A stretch of DNA of 63,757 bases, the filler included, from Reticulomyxa filosa (lineage: Eukaryota; Protista; Foraminifera), in the NCBI GenBank assembly GCA_000512085.1. It is 19 parts of 19 records of this genome, joined end to end, with 100 filler letters (N's around TTAATTAATTAA, not from the genome) between each part and the next. Parts side by side here need not be neighbours in the genome. Positions count along the whole stretch, not along the records: positions 34,070 to 37,508 come from ASPP01012095.1; positions 37,609 to 43,024 come from ASPP01010919.1; positions 43,125 to 47,027 come from ASPP01004758.1; positions 47,128 to 55,549 come from ASPP01002691.1; 15 more parts are not named here. The stretch is one strand, 5' to 3'. Position 1 is the first letter of the stretch. Each line of letters begins with the position of its first letter. Shown one piece after another: positions 37,380-50,302 of the stretch. Below the pieces are notes generated by a model, which worked only from the letters and a program-made list of their open reading frames with translations, had not been told where the DNA came from and did not search any database. The position numbers and the translations under genes were made by a program.

Positions 37380-39406
37380 TTATTTCTTCCTTGAGTTTTT
37401 TTTAAAACAAAAAAGTCTTGCAACTCTTTCTGTTCCCTGTTTAATCGGATTTCTATGAGTGCCCACAGCATTTAAATTAGACAAAAATTCCTTGTAAATT
37501 ATGAAAAANNNNNNNNNNNNNNNNNNNNNNNNNNNNNNNNNNNNNNNNNNNNTTAATTAATTAANNNNNNNNNNNNNNNNNNNNNNNNNNNNNNNNNNNN
37601 NNNNNNNNAGTAGATATTTTTTAAAAAAATTAATTTTAAATCTTTATTTTTCATTTAGAAAATCGACCCTCTTCATATAATGCCATTTAGTTATGTCAGT
37701 TTTTTTTGCAATATATGTATTAATTTTTTAAAATATGTTTATTTGGCACATTCATACAAACATTTTTAAAAATAAAATAAAATAATCGTACTGAATTGCT
37801 GTTGTTCAAAAATTATCTGTGATAGCGGAATAAAGAATAAATTACTTATGAAAATGACACATCAAAGGCAATTCTAGTATGTTACAAATTTAAATTGATA
37901 AAATGAAACTAGTTGACAAATTTCATGCATTTGACAGTGCTGCGACAATATGCAGTGCATACACTTTCATATTGCCAACACATAAGCGTGAAAGATATCG
38001 TGAGCCCTCATGGTCTTGCGCAGATGACTTTGTAGCAAAGCATTGATATAACAATTACTAAGTTCCAAAGAGAATTGTACGAATTTTGATTACTGCCACA
38101 TTTGAATGATCAATTGCTTTTGTGGCGTTGGCAGACTCTTGCAACTGGTCGTGCAAATAAATGAAGCCCAAAGAAGATGTGCAAATGGTTAACTTCAATA
38201 GCCGCAAATTCGAACAACAAAATTACAATAATTATGTTTGTTTCATTTTCAGTTGCATCCTTTTAAAAAAATTATATTTTGTTCTTAAATTGTTTTGGTT
38301 TTGTAAGTTTTTTAGAAAACAAAACAAAGCATTGGCCAAAGTGAATATGCTTAGTGCTAGAAACATCAACATTACTATGCATAACAACTTGTTTGAAGAA
38401 AAACTTGTTCAAAGTTTTGATCTTTTCCAGGTAGGCAATACAAATAAATTGGTCTAAATTGATTTGCACGAATCTTTGTCTCACAAATGCATGCATATTG
38501 ATAAATACAACATGTTCGCGCTCAATCTGCAATGCATGGTCTTGTTATGACTTATCGTAATGTCAACTTTGGCCCACTGCGGACTTGCTGTGCGTGTGTC
38601 CATCGCTGTAGTATTTACTAGAAAAGTCAATCACTTGTAGCTGCTTTTGGAACAGACTATACTAAGTGACTACTTTTTCGCCACTACATTGTAATATTAC
38701 AAAGCTAAATTGCAATCTTGGTCGTAATTCTTTACCATTGAACCGATGATAATATAGTCAGACAAGTTCATGATCATACACAAACAATCACCAAAATGCT
38801 GCTAATATCACCTACGCTTACGCCGTCAACGAAAAAGTTTCTTTGTTCAATACAAATCACAGCTAAATGCGATAATTGAATGAATAATTCGCTTGCAAGC
38901 GCATTTTGCTTTGTTGATACTTGCTACTGGAACGCTACATATGACAATGACTTTTTTTTGAAAAAAAAAAAAAAATTTGTTAATATAATAATATCAAAAA
39001 ATAAGCTTTGTAACTAAATTTAGATTGCATGAATATGCTACGAAAGTACATATTACTTGCACAGTGTTCGAACCACTGACAAACTCGAATAAATTTTTTA
39101 TTGTTAACAAGAATTATTGCAAATTATGCTAAATTTTATGTTTTTCTTAAATTTTACATGAAATATTTAATGTTGATAAAATTAATATGTGATTATTTAT
39201 TTATTATTAATGAAAAATCAATATTTATTTTAAAAAAGAATGCTGAATAAATACTGATTTCATGATAGACATAAATATTCATATTAATTCATTTTAGGAT
39301 ATCTTTTTTTAGATGTCGATTGTACATTGAAGACGAAAATTGATAAATAAATTTAATGCATTGAACAAATTATATCAAAAATGTCAAAAAAGAAAATTAT
39401 GTGTAT

Positions 39407-41145
39407 TCACAAACCATCTGGATTTGTTGTGTTTTGACATGATTTTTGTTTTGCTAGTAATCTTTCCTGAAAAGTCATTTCCATACTGTCATCAAGACCA
39501 TTGTCATCCTTTTCATTCCTAATTGTGGAGGAGACAATATCAAATGAATCTAAAATAGGAAGTGTTTGTTTTGGAGAGTGATCACTGTCCGAGATTGTAA
39601 TATCATTATCATCATCATTGGACAAATTCTTGTAGACATTGGAAAGATTTAATTTCACAGAGGATGCATTGACACCAGAATTTGGAGAATGTTTTTTGCA
39701 TGTATCCACAAATTCATGACGCTGAACAGACTCCAGACCAGCCATCGACCGAGAAGTCAATATGTCGGGGCAATGGTAATCATTGTGGTCAACACTATAT
39801 TGACAATCATTTTCTCCAATTTCATTTGCTTTTGCTTTGTGGCTATGATTTGCGTTCTTGTCATTATCATCATTGTCATCATCTTCCTTACCACCCTCGT
39901 AATCATCATCACTATCATCATCATCAAAATCAATGTCAATAACAGTGCTATTATTTTTGTCGTTGTCATTGTCATCATCACCATCAAAAGTTGCTTGTGA
40001 TAGCTTTACAATGTTTGCAATGAACTCGGCCCAGTGAGAAAGATTCCCGCATTTCGGACAGCTCATTATCTTTGGTAGCAAATTGGAGCGATCAAATGTT
40101 TCATCAAAATCTTCCTTTTTTTTTTGATTTTCTCTTTTCCTAATTTTTTTTGTTTCAATCAATAATGACAACAATCGCAATAATAAGAATAAAACTAAAA
40201 GCAATAACAATAGAATGTAAACTTTAATTCATTGGACACATGAGCTTTAGCCAAGCACAAAATGTGCAAAAATCCGAAACACTTTGGGCACTTGGTCAAT
40301 CTATTTTGCAGCAACGAGATATGTAAAGAGGGCTGTGAATGTGTGGTGATGGCCACATCACTTGTTCTGTCCACTTCGCTGGTGTGTTTCAAAGGAGAAA
40401 GAATGGATTGTTTAAGATCGGTCAATGACACTGTCAAGCAACAACAATGGCAAAACACAATTTTGGGGAGCATCGCCCGCGACGCCCAACAATGACGTGT
40501 CAAAATATCCTGGTCGCTTGGATGCAAAATGAAACTCGCATTTTCACTTAACACCAATGACGTATCATTGCTCCCGTCATTAATATCTGTCTTTTCGTTT
40601 TCATTTGCATTTGCGCTTTCTTTCTGCTGAGAGCCTTTCGTAAGGAAATAGGTGAGCACATATAAAGGGCGTACGTATATGTTCATGTATGCTGGAATGT
40701 GTGACAAATAATGATCTTTTATGTGCAAAAATTGATCCCAATCGTCCTTGAATGCTTGCTTTGTAAAGTTGAGATGCAATGGATATTGTCGCCATGGATT
40801 TATATTTAACATTTCCACCAACACTTCAAATTTTTTTTTCACCGAGTTTTGATTCTTTTTAAATTTGTGTTTCAAAATCCTCGAACTGTTTGGGTTTTGC
40901 CAATGCCATTCAAATTGCAATGCACTATGCTTCGTTGGAAAACCATACACAAATACAACCATTTCCCATGGCCTTTTCCAGCGCGTTTTTTTGGCCCCGT
41001 TTTCGAGCAACCCATTGTGTTGCTTGATACGACGCACCGGATTGTTTGTGAAACCAATGTATATATAGTTCTCCCATTCTTGATTCAAACATTTTAGTAA
41101 GTAGCAACAGTACACATGCGAATCGTGATTTGCTTTCGGATTCAT
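39407..41145 (-). CDS. SLX1: SLX1 structure-specific GIY-YIG endonuclease
   Basis: YCCYLL...YIGFTNNPVRRIKQHNG...GAKKT...RPWEMV..VYGFP....ALQFEWHWQNP. The C-terminal Zn finger (CPKC...HILCLA | LLP...CPKC...W) is split by an intron. Confidence 0.93.
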
Positions 41146-41494
41146 TTCAAATTCCTCAAAGTTGATTTTGTTCTGATTGCATTGCTAACAATAAGAAAAT
41201 TTTTTTTGATGAACTTGAACCTGTTCGAGGCTTGTCCGTCAACGTTCCAAATTTGATTTACCAAAATAAGTAATTCATTTGTTATGCTTTGAGTCAAAGT
41301 AAGAGGTTTTTTATATTTGCATGCAAGTACAAAAATCTTTAAAGCCAAAAGGAGGACGAGTCTAAAATATATCACAAGCCTTGAGTGAATAAGCAACATT
41401 CAGTTGGAAAGTTTAACTAAGGAAGCCGGTAACAAAAAGGCACGAACAAGAGGTTAAGCAAGGAACAAGAAAAAAAGTTGATCTGAGCATTGTA

Positions 41495-42966
41495 ATGGAG
41501 GCAGGAAATTCTGGGCCACAATCTGAAATGATCTCTCCGAGCGAAGCGAAGACAAGTTCAGATCAAGTGGCATCATCACAAGATGCAGCCGTGCCACAAG
41601 CGGTAGAAAACCCTGCGGAAACAGTGTCCAATGCGGACGCAAACACAAGGACAACTGCGAGTATAAATGCAAATGTAAATGAAGGTGTAAAGGAAAATGC
41701 AAACGGGAATGTAAATGCAGATGTAAAAGCAGCCACGAATGTAGTTGTAGAAGTAGATGCAAAAGAAGTAGAGAAAGAGATATCAGAGGAGGTGAAAGGC
41801 AGAGACAAAAGAGCGTCGACAGTGGACAATGACATGCCAAAAGAGATGGAGAACTTTGAGATGGTGGACAGTGGGGATTACCATACGGACGGTGCGGACT
41901 CGAATGTGGACACGGACGTGGAAACAGAAGCGAGTCATAAGCAAATGAAGCCAATTGACTTGGAGACCACGCGACTGCCGACAGTGGATAACGACGTGGA
42001 AATCGGTCCGAATTATAGCCGAATGCCTTTGGCATTGAAGCCGAGAACAAGTGATAATCCAAACGCGACCAACGCCGGCAATAATAATAATAATAATAAT
42101 AATAACAATAATCCGGTGAATGCAATTGTGGTTCCTTCCAATGTGAGCCGAAGTCGTAATAACAGCATGAATCGAGATAAGAGAGGCCAGAGCACACAAC
42201 AAACGCCAATCGAAAGCGGCCCATCCGAAAGCTCGATCCTAAAAAATGGGTTGGACAACAACTCCATTGCCACGGGTGCAGTGATTTCCTTTGCGCCCAA
42301 CAACCCCAACAACCCCAACAACCTCAACAACCTCAACAACCTCAACAACCTCCCCAATCCCAACAACCACAACGACACCGACAATAATAACAATCCAAAC
42401 AATAACACCACCGCCACTTTAACTGATCGACATTCCAATAGTGCAAGTGGGGACCGAATGCCAAGGTTTTTTTTTTTTTTTTTTAAAAAAAAAAAGGGGG
42501 AAAAAAAATTTGTATGGGTGTCATTGCAATAACATATACATATATATATATATATATACATATGTATATGTAAGTATATTATATATATATATATATCTAT
42601 ATAAATTTACACAAATAGCTTGTCAATGAGTGGCGGACGGAAATATGAAAATGACTTGGCGGAGGTTCGACGGGCCAGTCGTCGGAAATGGTGGTCTCCC
42701 TCGCGCGTGTTGGACTATTGCATGCACCAGTCGATACTCGGCAAACTCGCGGTGGTCTTGCTCACATGGACGACGGTAATCGACTATGGCAAGGACTTTT
42801 ATGTGTGCTATTATCTCAGTCAAATCGAAGACTCTAGTTTCTTCATCATCACACTTGCCCTCATCTTCTTGTCCCTGCGCTTAATGCTTTATTTGAAGGC
42901 CACCGATGACGCTCCGACCTTGCCCAAACTGTTCATTTTTTATCTTCCAGGATCTGTTTTGGCAGG
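41495..42966 (+). CDS. Protein with long disordered N-terminus and XK-related-like membrane domain, 3' partial
   Basis: 345-aa low-complexity exon, then VIDYGKDFYVCYYL...FFIITLALIFL, which resembles XK TM1-TM2. Confidence 0.5.
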
Positions 42967-44890
42967 TTTGTGTTGCATTTCAATATTTGTTACATTTTAA
43001 GCATTACATGGTATTTATATATATNNNNNNNNNNNNNNNNNNNNNNNNNNNNNNNNNNNNNNNNNNNNTTAATTAATTAANNNNNNNNNNNNNNNNNNNN
43101 NNNNNNNNNNNNNNNNNNNNNNNNAACTATTCGTATTACACTTGACATTCTAGTTGGGACTAGCTACCAAATTCCTACAAACGCTCATGCAATACCCACT
43201 GACGACATACAGTGAAGAGTTAAAATTATTTTCAAAGATATGTTCCTTTTGGGACGAGGTGCTTTTTTTAAACTAGGATAAGATCTTAATTCTCAATAAA
43301 AAGATTGTAAATCTATAAGTCATTTTCATATTATTTTCACATATTTTTCGAAGATCTAGTGACAATTCGATTGTAATCTTTTGATTTAAGACTATCTTTA
43401 ATTGTTCTGTAAATGTGAATACAACTATTAGAAGCTTTTTCATTTGATACATTTTACTTTGCTTGGACATTTTATGAGATCTCGATGTTGATATCTTTTT
43501 GAGATAATGAAGAACCTTGAAGTTTTGCCAACAGGCTTTCACTTGAAATACGTCGGATCGTCACGATTATTAGTAAAAAAAATTTTTTTTTGATAGCTTG
43601 TTTTCTTTAAATATTGTCTTTGATATTAATAATGAAAGATGTTAAAAATGAATTTTTATTTATTTAATTGCTCCATTTCAGAATGCACATTACAAAGATG
43701 GCATAATAATGTGAAAAAAAATATCAACAATCATATCATTAAGACCAAACTTAAAGGAGTGGTCAATGGAGATTTTGAGATTGAAAGTCCAGAAAAAGAA
43801 AATTTTAGGGTGGTTGCCGATCCGAAGATTCGACGGCTCCAAGGCCAGGAAACATAGTTTGTTGATTAAAATTGTAATGTGTTGTGTTTTTTAGTAACGT
43901 GTTCGTTGGCGAACAAAGTGCTTGTTTCACAATATCTTTCTTTATGAATTCAATTATAATATTTTGCTATATCTAAAAAAAAATAAAAATATATTATATA
44001 CGGACAAATCCTTTGTAGGAGCATGTGAATTATTTTTTTACATAGGAGTGTCAAATATCCAAGTTTCTTTGATGTTTTCCATAAATATGGTAAATTCATT
44101 TCAACACAATTCATGTTCAATATTAACTTTTGCCAAAAAAGTTGTATTTTGAAGGTAAAAACTTATGAAGTTGCAAGATACTTCGACATTTAAGTGTTTT
44201 TATTAGAGATTTCGAACTAGTATAGTCAAGAAATTTCGCAAAAGTAAAAACAATATATTGAATATTCTGGCTCCAGCCATTGTGGCAAATATGGATCTTG
44301 GATGACAAGCACTGCAACTCAAATTCAAAAAAAAAAATTAATATTACCACCTTCATAATTGAGATTAACTTTTGAAAAAAGTTGTATTTTGAAAGAGATT
44401 TTGGTTGAAATCGTCAAGATACGTCAACATCTATCAAATTTGAAGGAGACTTTGAAATAAAGTTCAAGTATTTTAAAAAATCTTTTATAGTGATATAAAG
44501 TTTTTTTTAATAGTGTTTGGAGGGTGACTTCTTACTGTTTTTTACTCCTTTTGGCAACGTATTTTTGCAATTCATCTTTGTGAGGGTTTCGCGTTGATTC
44601 AGCATAAACTTCCCCCCCCCTCCCCCACTTTGAGGCATGCGCTTTTAACAGAAAGAGTCTATTATAGCGAAGTGCAAACAAGAAAGCCGTTTAGCAAGGC
44701 TTGTTGGCTAAATAAAAGTTAGTCAGCATCATCATTCTTTGTGAGGTTGTTACGAGGTTGAATATATTCCCTTTGCAGACCTAATCGAGAGCTGCTATAC
44801 CTAGGTCTAGGAACACATGCTAATAAAAGAATTTCTGCTTTTATCAGCCCGTATTTTGAATTTGGAAAAAATGCTATCCTGGAGGCCGTT

Positions 44891-45500
44891 TTGATTGCCG
44901 AAAGCACCAGAGTGAAAACAATACTAACAAAGACAACAACAGGGACATCATTAAACATATTGCGACATTCTGAATTGAGTGTTAATCAATCGAACAAACC
45001 AAAAGTACGAGAACAAAAAAGGAGAAAAGAAAAACAAGAAATAAACGAAAAGAATATTTGGAAGCAGAAAATGAAGATAAGGAAAGAATTTTTCTACAAG
45101 AATTATCCAACGTTGGTAATTGGTCCTGTAAATGGACATCAATTGGAATCTCAAACATCGATATTGAAGATATTTGAGAGAAAAGGAAAGACATTGGCAA
45201 CGTTGATCAAAGCATATACATATTTCTCAATGACTTGGAAGACGGTATTTGTGCATTTTCAAAAATCAACAACACAACAATTGGAGAATCTTGTGAACCA
45301 TTTCAATGAAATGCAACAAAGACAATGGAAAAATTTAAAGGGTTACCAATGGTGAAGGTAACCTTTTCAAGTACCAATGACGCCAAAAGAGCCATTCAAG
45401 AGAAAAACATTTGTATTGGATTTAATGTAGCTGAATGCGAATACTTTGATAAATTTCGAAGTAGACCAATATCACATTTCCACCAATGCAAGAATTGAAA
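44891..45500 (+). mobile_element. Decayed non-LTR retrotransposon ORF1 (gag-like) remnant
   Basis: LPMVKVTFSSTNDAKRAIQEKNICIGFNVAECEYFDKFRSRPISHFHQCKN is paralogous to 46733-46900. Frameshifted. Confidence 0.55.
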
Positions 45501-46399
45501 AAGATATGTAAATATTGTGGAAGATCCAATCATTCATCTGAGGAATGTTTCCACAAGAAGAACAAGAAAAGATGTATATTGTCCTGCTATTCAAAAGACA
45601 AGACAACAAATTAGAATCAAGTTATCTCAACGTGAACAAATTAATCTGAAAAACCAAAGACATAAGTCAATTTGGAAAGGAAGAGGAAGGAAACAATCAT
45701 TTTCAACCTCCAAGACAAAATAAAATTAACCAACAAAAGAAAAAAGAACAAAAGAATGTTGTTTTTTTTTGCGTGGAAGAATGTAATTGCCGAATTGACA
45801 AAAAGGCAAAATATTGTAAAACAAGCACTTCAATCAAACTTGAACACAGTACTAAATAATACAATACGTTACAAAAAAGTAACCAACAAATAAAATTTAA
45901 GCAATAATTTTATTTTAGAATTTGTTTAAAACTTTTTGATAATCACACAGCAGCATTGCCCACCTCTGTGCAGCTCAGAGGGAATCCAAGGGACCACGCT
46001 CAGACTTTACGAGACTTCGGTAAATGGTGACATCATATGCTTCAAAGGTTAAATATCAATCAAATTAAAATGAAAAAATTCAACATTCTCAATTATCACC
46101 TTACAAAATTAAACAAAACTATAGCACTCAAAAAAAAAAGCAAAACAAACATAAAAATTGTTGAAGCATTTTATTTTTTTAGTTTCAGGGCCTTTGGGGC
46201 ATTTTCGTTGATCTCCGGTCGTGGCTGGCTTCTCGCTGTTTTTGGCACAGAGTCCGAAAACATTTGTTAATGAGATGCCGAGCAGCGATTGAAGGATGTA
46301 TTTGGCATTTTTGTCACTCACTTTCGCTTCGGCATTTGCCCTTGTTGGCTTTTTTAGATTTTTTTTTTAATTAAAAGAAGGTTGAAAACAAAGAAATCA

Positions 46400-47027
46400 A
46401 GCATATTTGAAACAAGATAAGACAAATTTCAAGTATTAGGATATGAATCGTGTTATTGGAACTTGAAGAATAAGAACATCAGATATAATCCAGAAGATGA
46501 AAATGACATTGTCCCGGCAATCGTCTCATTCAATTTGGATGTATTTGAAAAAGAATTGAAAGATTAGTCATTGGCGGAGATTGAAATTCACATAAAAGTG
46601 TGAAGAAGCAGTGACTAATCCTGAAGTGAATATATATATTCTGTTTCGAGGAGTATCAACTCACGAAAGCGAGTGCGAAATTAAGGAGACATTGGTAGAT
46701 TATGGGTACAAGAAGTAAAACAATTACATAAGATGCCAATTGTCAAGGTGTTTATATCCAAGACTGAAGATGTTGTCAAGATATTGAAAGACAATGATAT
46801 TCAGATTGAATATTCAATGGTGAAAGTGAAATTATTCAACAAAGTCAAATCAAGACAAAAATCTCATTTCAAAAAATGCAGGAAATGCTACAGGTTGAAC
46901 CATATTGTTCGTGAATGTATAAAAAAGCGCAAAGTATGTAAGTATTGCGGATTGGCAAATCACGAAGCGGCAGAATGACGATACAAGAATGACCCAAGCA
47001 AACACAAATGTGTATTATGTCGAAAGC
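46400..47027 (+). mobile_element. Decayed non-LTR retrotransposon ORF1 with CCHC zinc knuckles
   Basis: CRKCYRLNHIVREC, CKYCGLANHEAAE*(C) and CVLC form a triple knuckle typical of LINE ORF1. In-frame stops. Confidence 0.75.
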
Positions 47028-47127
47028 NNNNNNNNNNNNNNNNNNNNNNNNNNNNNNNNNNNNNNNNNNNNTTAATTAATTAANNNNNNNNNNNNNNNNN
47101 NNNNNNNNNNNNNNNNNNNNNNNNNNN

Positions 47128-47998
47128 TGTATATCCATTACCACCAATCAAACCAATACTATTACTTTTATGATTATCGTTCTTGTTGTTATTATTACTT
47201 TGCAACGGTGAAATATCCAAACATCTAACAGTTCTTGTATGTCCATTGAAAATATTTAATGATTTAAACGTTTCAACATCCCATAAACGAATAGTTTTGT
47301 CATATGATCCAGAGCATAAATATCTACCGCCATTAAACGATGAAAATTCAATTCCACCAATCCACCCTGTGTGTTCATTGAGTACTTGGAACTGTTGATT
47401 ATATTTGGTATCCCAAAAACGAATGGTTTTATCAAATGACGAAGAACAAATAATAGTACGACGATTGTTATGATAATGATATTGTGAAAATTTCACACAA
47501 TACACATCACCTGCGTGCCCATCGAATGACCGAATTTGTTTGTTGTTATCAATATCCCATACACAAACTGTTCTATCTTTTGATCCAGAACAAATGAATT
47601 GACCATAATCAAATGTCAAATGGTCAATACTCATCACATCGTTTTTGTGTCCAGTGAAAGTCTTGAGTAATTTGGATGATGAACAAAATGCATCAAGCAT
47701 AAAAAAATTAGTTGCCTATATTAAATTATAAACAACAATGAATATTTGCCATTGAATAAACAAAAACTTAACATATTTAACAACAAGTTTGTCAAAATCT
47801 TGGATCCATCCTAATTTAATGTTCAATATTCGGATCCAATGTTGAATAATTGTTTGGGTCTCTTCTGGCTGGTTCAACCGTACACAATAAAAACATAAAC
47901 TTATCAGCCCCTTGAAAGATTGAAAAGAAGCTTACCAATGATAGTCGCATTGACATTTCTTTTTGTTTTTCCTTTTGAGATCTTTTCAGATGATGCAA
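47128..47998 (-). CDS. WD40 family gene, 5' part
   Basis: Exon EETQTIIQHWIRILNIKLGWIQDFDKLVVKY (47773-47865), intron 47716-47772, then WD repeats closely paralogous to 232-2034. Confidence 0.88.
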
Positions 47999-48399
47999 GA
48001 TGAAATGTTTGAACTTTTTTAGCTAAAATCAAGGAAGGAATGCCAAAAAACACAGACTAATTTTTCGTTTCCTTGTGAAGAAAATTAATTATCTCTATAA
48101 AGCATCATTTTAGATGTCATTTTCTTTGTATCCTACTGCATCTCATTTAAGAAAATTATCACCATATACTTTATTTCACTTTTCCACTTGTTTCTTTGTG
48201 TTGTTGTCATTTTTTTCTTTACTTTTTCTTTATTCGGTTTGTTATTGTGGAGTGATTGCTCAAGAGAGCAAAAGCCTTAGTATCATTTTGTGACGCAAGT
48301 TTTTCAGTAATAATCAAAATTAATGATGAATAATTCAAATAAATCTATTTTTCGTTCGTATTCTGTATTTTTAAACAAAAAAAAACACTAATAATCATC

Positions 48400-48843
48400 A
48401 TGTCTTCCATATCTGAGGAATCTGAAGTATTAGATGCCTTAATTCTTTCTTATTTGGATGATTTGGAAGGTAGTCCACAAGACTTGAGTGTGAATATTGA
48501 CTGGGGAGAGAGTAGTGCTAGTGAATTAGTACAAAAAACTCAAAGATTCTGTGACATTGAAAAATATATCACGAATGATACATTAATAATAAGTAGAGAA
48601 GATTTGACATTAGATATTATATTGGAATGGTCAAAAATAATATGGAAAGAATCAATAATTACAATATTGTGTGAAACATTAAATCAAGGTATAATTGGAA
48701 CAGATAATAAATTTAAGAAAAGAAAATTACAATATCAAATACCCACAAAAATGGAATGTATTACTATTATTCATTTAAAATTAAATTATTGTATATTTGA
48801 AGGAAAAGGTCTTTATTTCATAATCGGTGTATTCATACACTAG
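48400..48843 (+). CDS. Hypothetical protein (possibly a fragment)
   Basis: 147-aa ATG ORF in AT-rich DNA. No family recognised. Confidence 0.35.
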   Translation: MSSISEESEVLDALILSYLDDLEGSPQDLSVNIDWGESSASELVQKTQRFCDIEKYITNDTLIISREDLTLDIILEWSKIIWKESIITILCETLNQGIIGTDNKFKKRKLQYQIPTKMECITIIHLKLNYCIFEGKGLYFIIGVFIH

Positions 48844-49565
48844 ATTTAATTGGAATGACTCTTTCTAATTTCTTGATTTTGCTCATTCTCCAAATATTTT
48901 AAAAATTACATATCGATGATGCATCCAGTTTATAATGAAAGAATATCTTTTTTTGGTGGGATATGAGCGAGAAATCGCAATGTTCTTTGGGTTGCTTCGC
49001 TTCAGTTTGGTTCCAATTTTTTCCACTCTCCCTTTGAGCGTTATTAAGACTATTGTTGCAATGTTTATACAAACAAAAACTTTTTTTTTTTTGAAAGTAG
49101 AATTGCAAAGATCAATACACTACGAGGGTATATGCAAAAAAAAATCTAAAAAAATACAGTGTGGTAAACAAAAAAAAAAAGGGAGCTAGTAAACAAAAAA
49201 ATGTTACAACGTGCGTTTTTTTTTGGGGGGGGGGGGGGATGATTTTGAACTTTTGAAATTAGATTAAAGCTTAACTGAATGGATTTATTACACCGAGTAC
49301 AGAACAGGTATTCAATGGAAAGATGATCAGGTGCAGCCTCACTGGCATGATTACAGACAGTGAAGAAGGGTCTGAAGTAATTAATTGAGTATATTATTAT
49401 CCCGGATAAACGAAACCTGACGAAACTATAGGCTGGAATGAAACTACTGCCTAAGCCGTTGACAAAGACCAACTTAGATTCAATTGTCATTTCGTATCGT
49501 TTTGAAAGCCTCCCGATACAAACAATCTCGGACACGATGCTAAACATTTCATTTCCAATCGCAGA

Positions 49566-49844
49566 TGGGATTGTAGGGGACAATGATTTGCGGAGGGACG
49601 CTATGACGCGTGTAACAGCGCTTATAAATCTAGTATGGAACTGGAGAATGTTCTTCCAAATGTTACGCAAAGGATTAACGTTTTCAACTGACGCGAGCTG
49701 AATACCAGCGATCATTTTACGTGTTATCGTCGACAATCAGCATGCATCCTTTTCGACTGCTTCGTTTGTCGATGAAACAGATATCTGCGTGAGTGACGCA
49801 CTCCAACTAATTTTAGTCATGTCCCCCCCCGGCTGACAATACCA
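49566..49844 (+). ncRNA. Candidate structured RNA or inverted-repeat element
   Basis: The ends pair over about 20 nt with bulges. Internal stems GTGTAACA/TGTTACGC and AAAGGAT/ATCCTTT. Confidence 0.3.
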
Positions 49845-50302
49845 ATTACAACTTTCAAGCATTATTTGCATTTAAATGTACAATTTGTTGTTATTATTAT
49901 ATCTTTTTCTTGTGATATTGTCCAATAACAAACAATAAATTATATCAATCTAATGGTGTTGCAAAACTTTGCAAACTACAGAACTGTATGTGCTACACAA
50001 ATTACAACAATCTCATAATTACAATATCGCTGGCATTTGCCACAATCTCAAACATAATCGAGCGTGTCCACATTTGGCACAATCTTCAAAGGAAACATTA
50101 ATATTGGCATTACTTCATAAGTCAATGTGCGAATATATAAATCTAAAATTAAAAATAATTCAATCGACAATGCATGGACCAAATTTTTAGCTAATGATGA
50201 ACTGAATAATCTGCTAAACATATAATCAACTCAAAGTGTGTGTGAAAAAATATGTTTTGTTTTTTTTAATATAAAATAAATAACAATTTTTTTTTTTTCA
50301 AA

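Noticed and set aside
39407-41145. GIY-YIG as a homing or Penelope endonuclease
   Set aside because: The SLX1-specific motifs and C-terminal zinc finger identify a cellular repair gene.
49417-49443. Hammerhead ribozyme core (CTGACGA...GAAA)
   Set aside because: The intervening bases do not form stem II, and stems I and III were not found.
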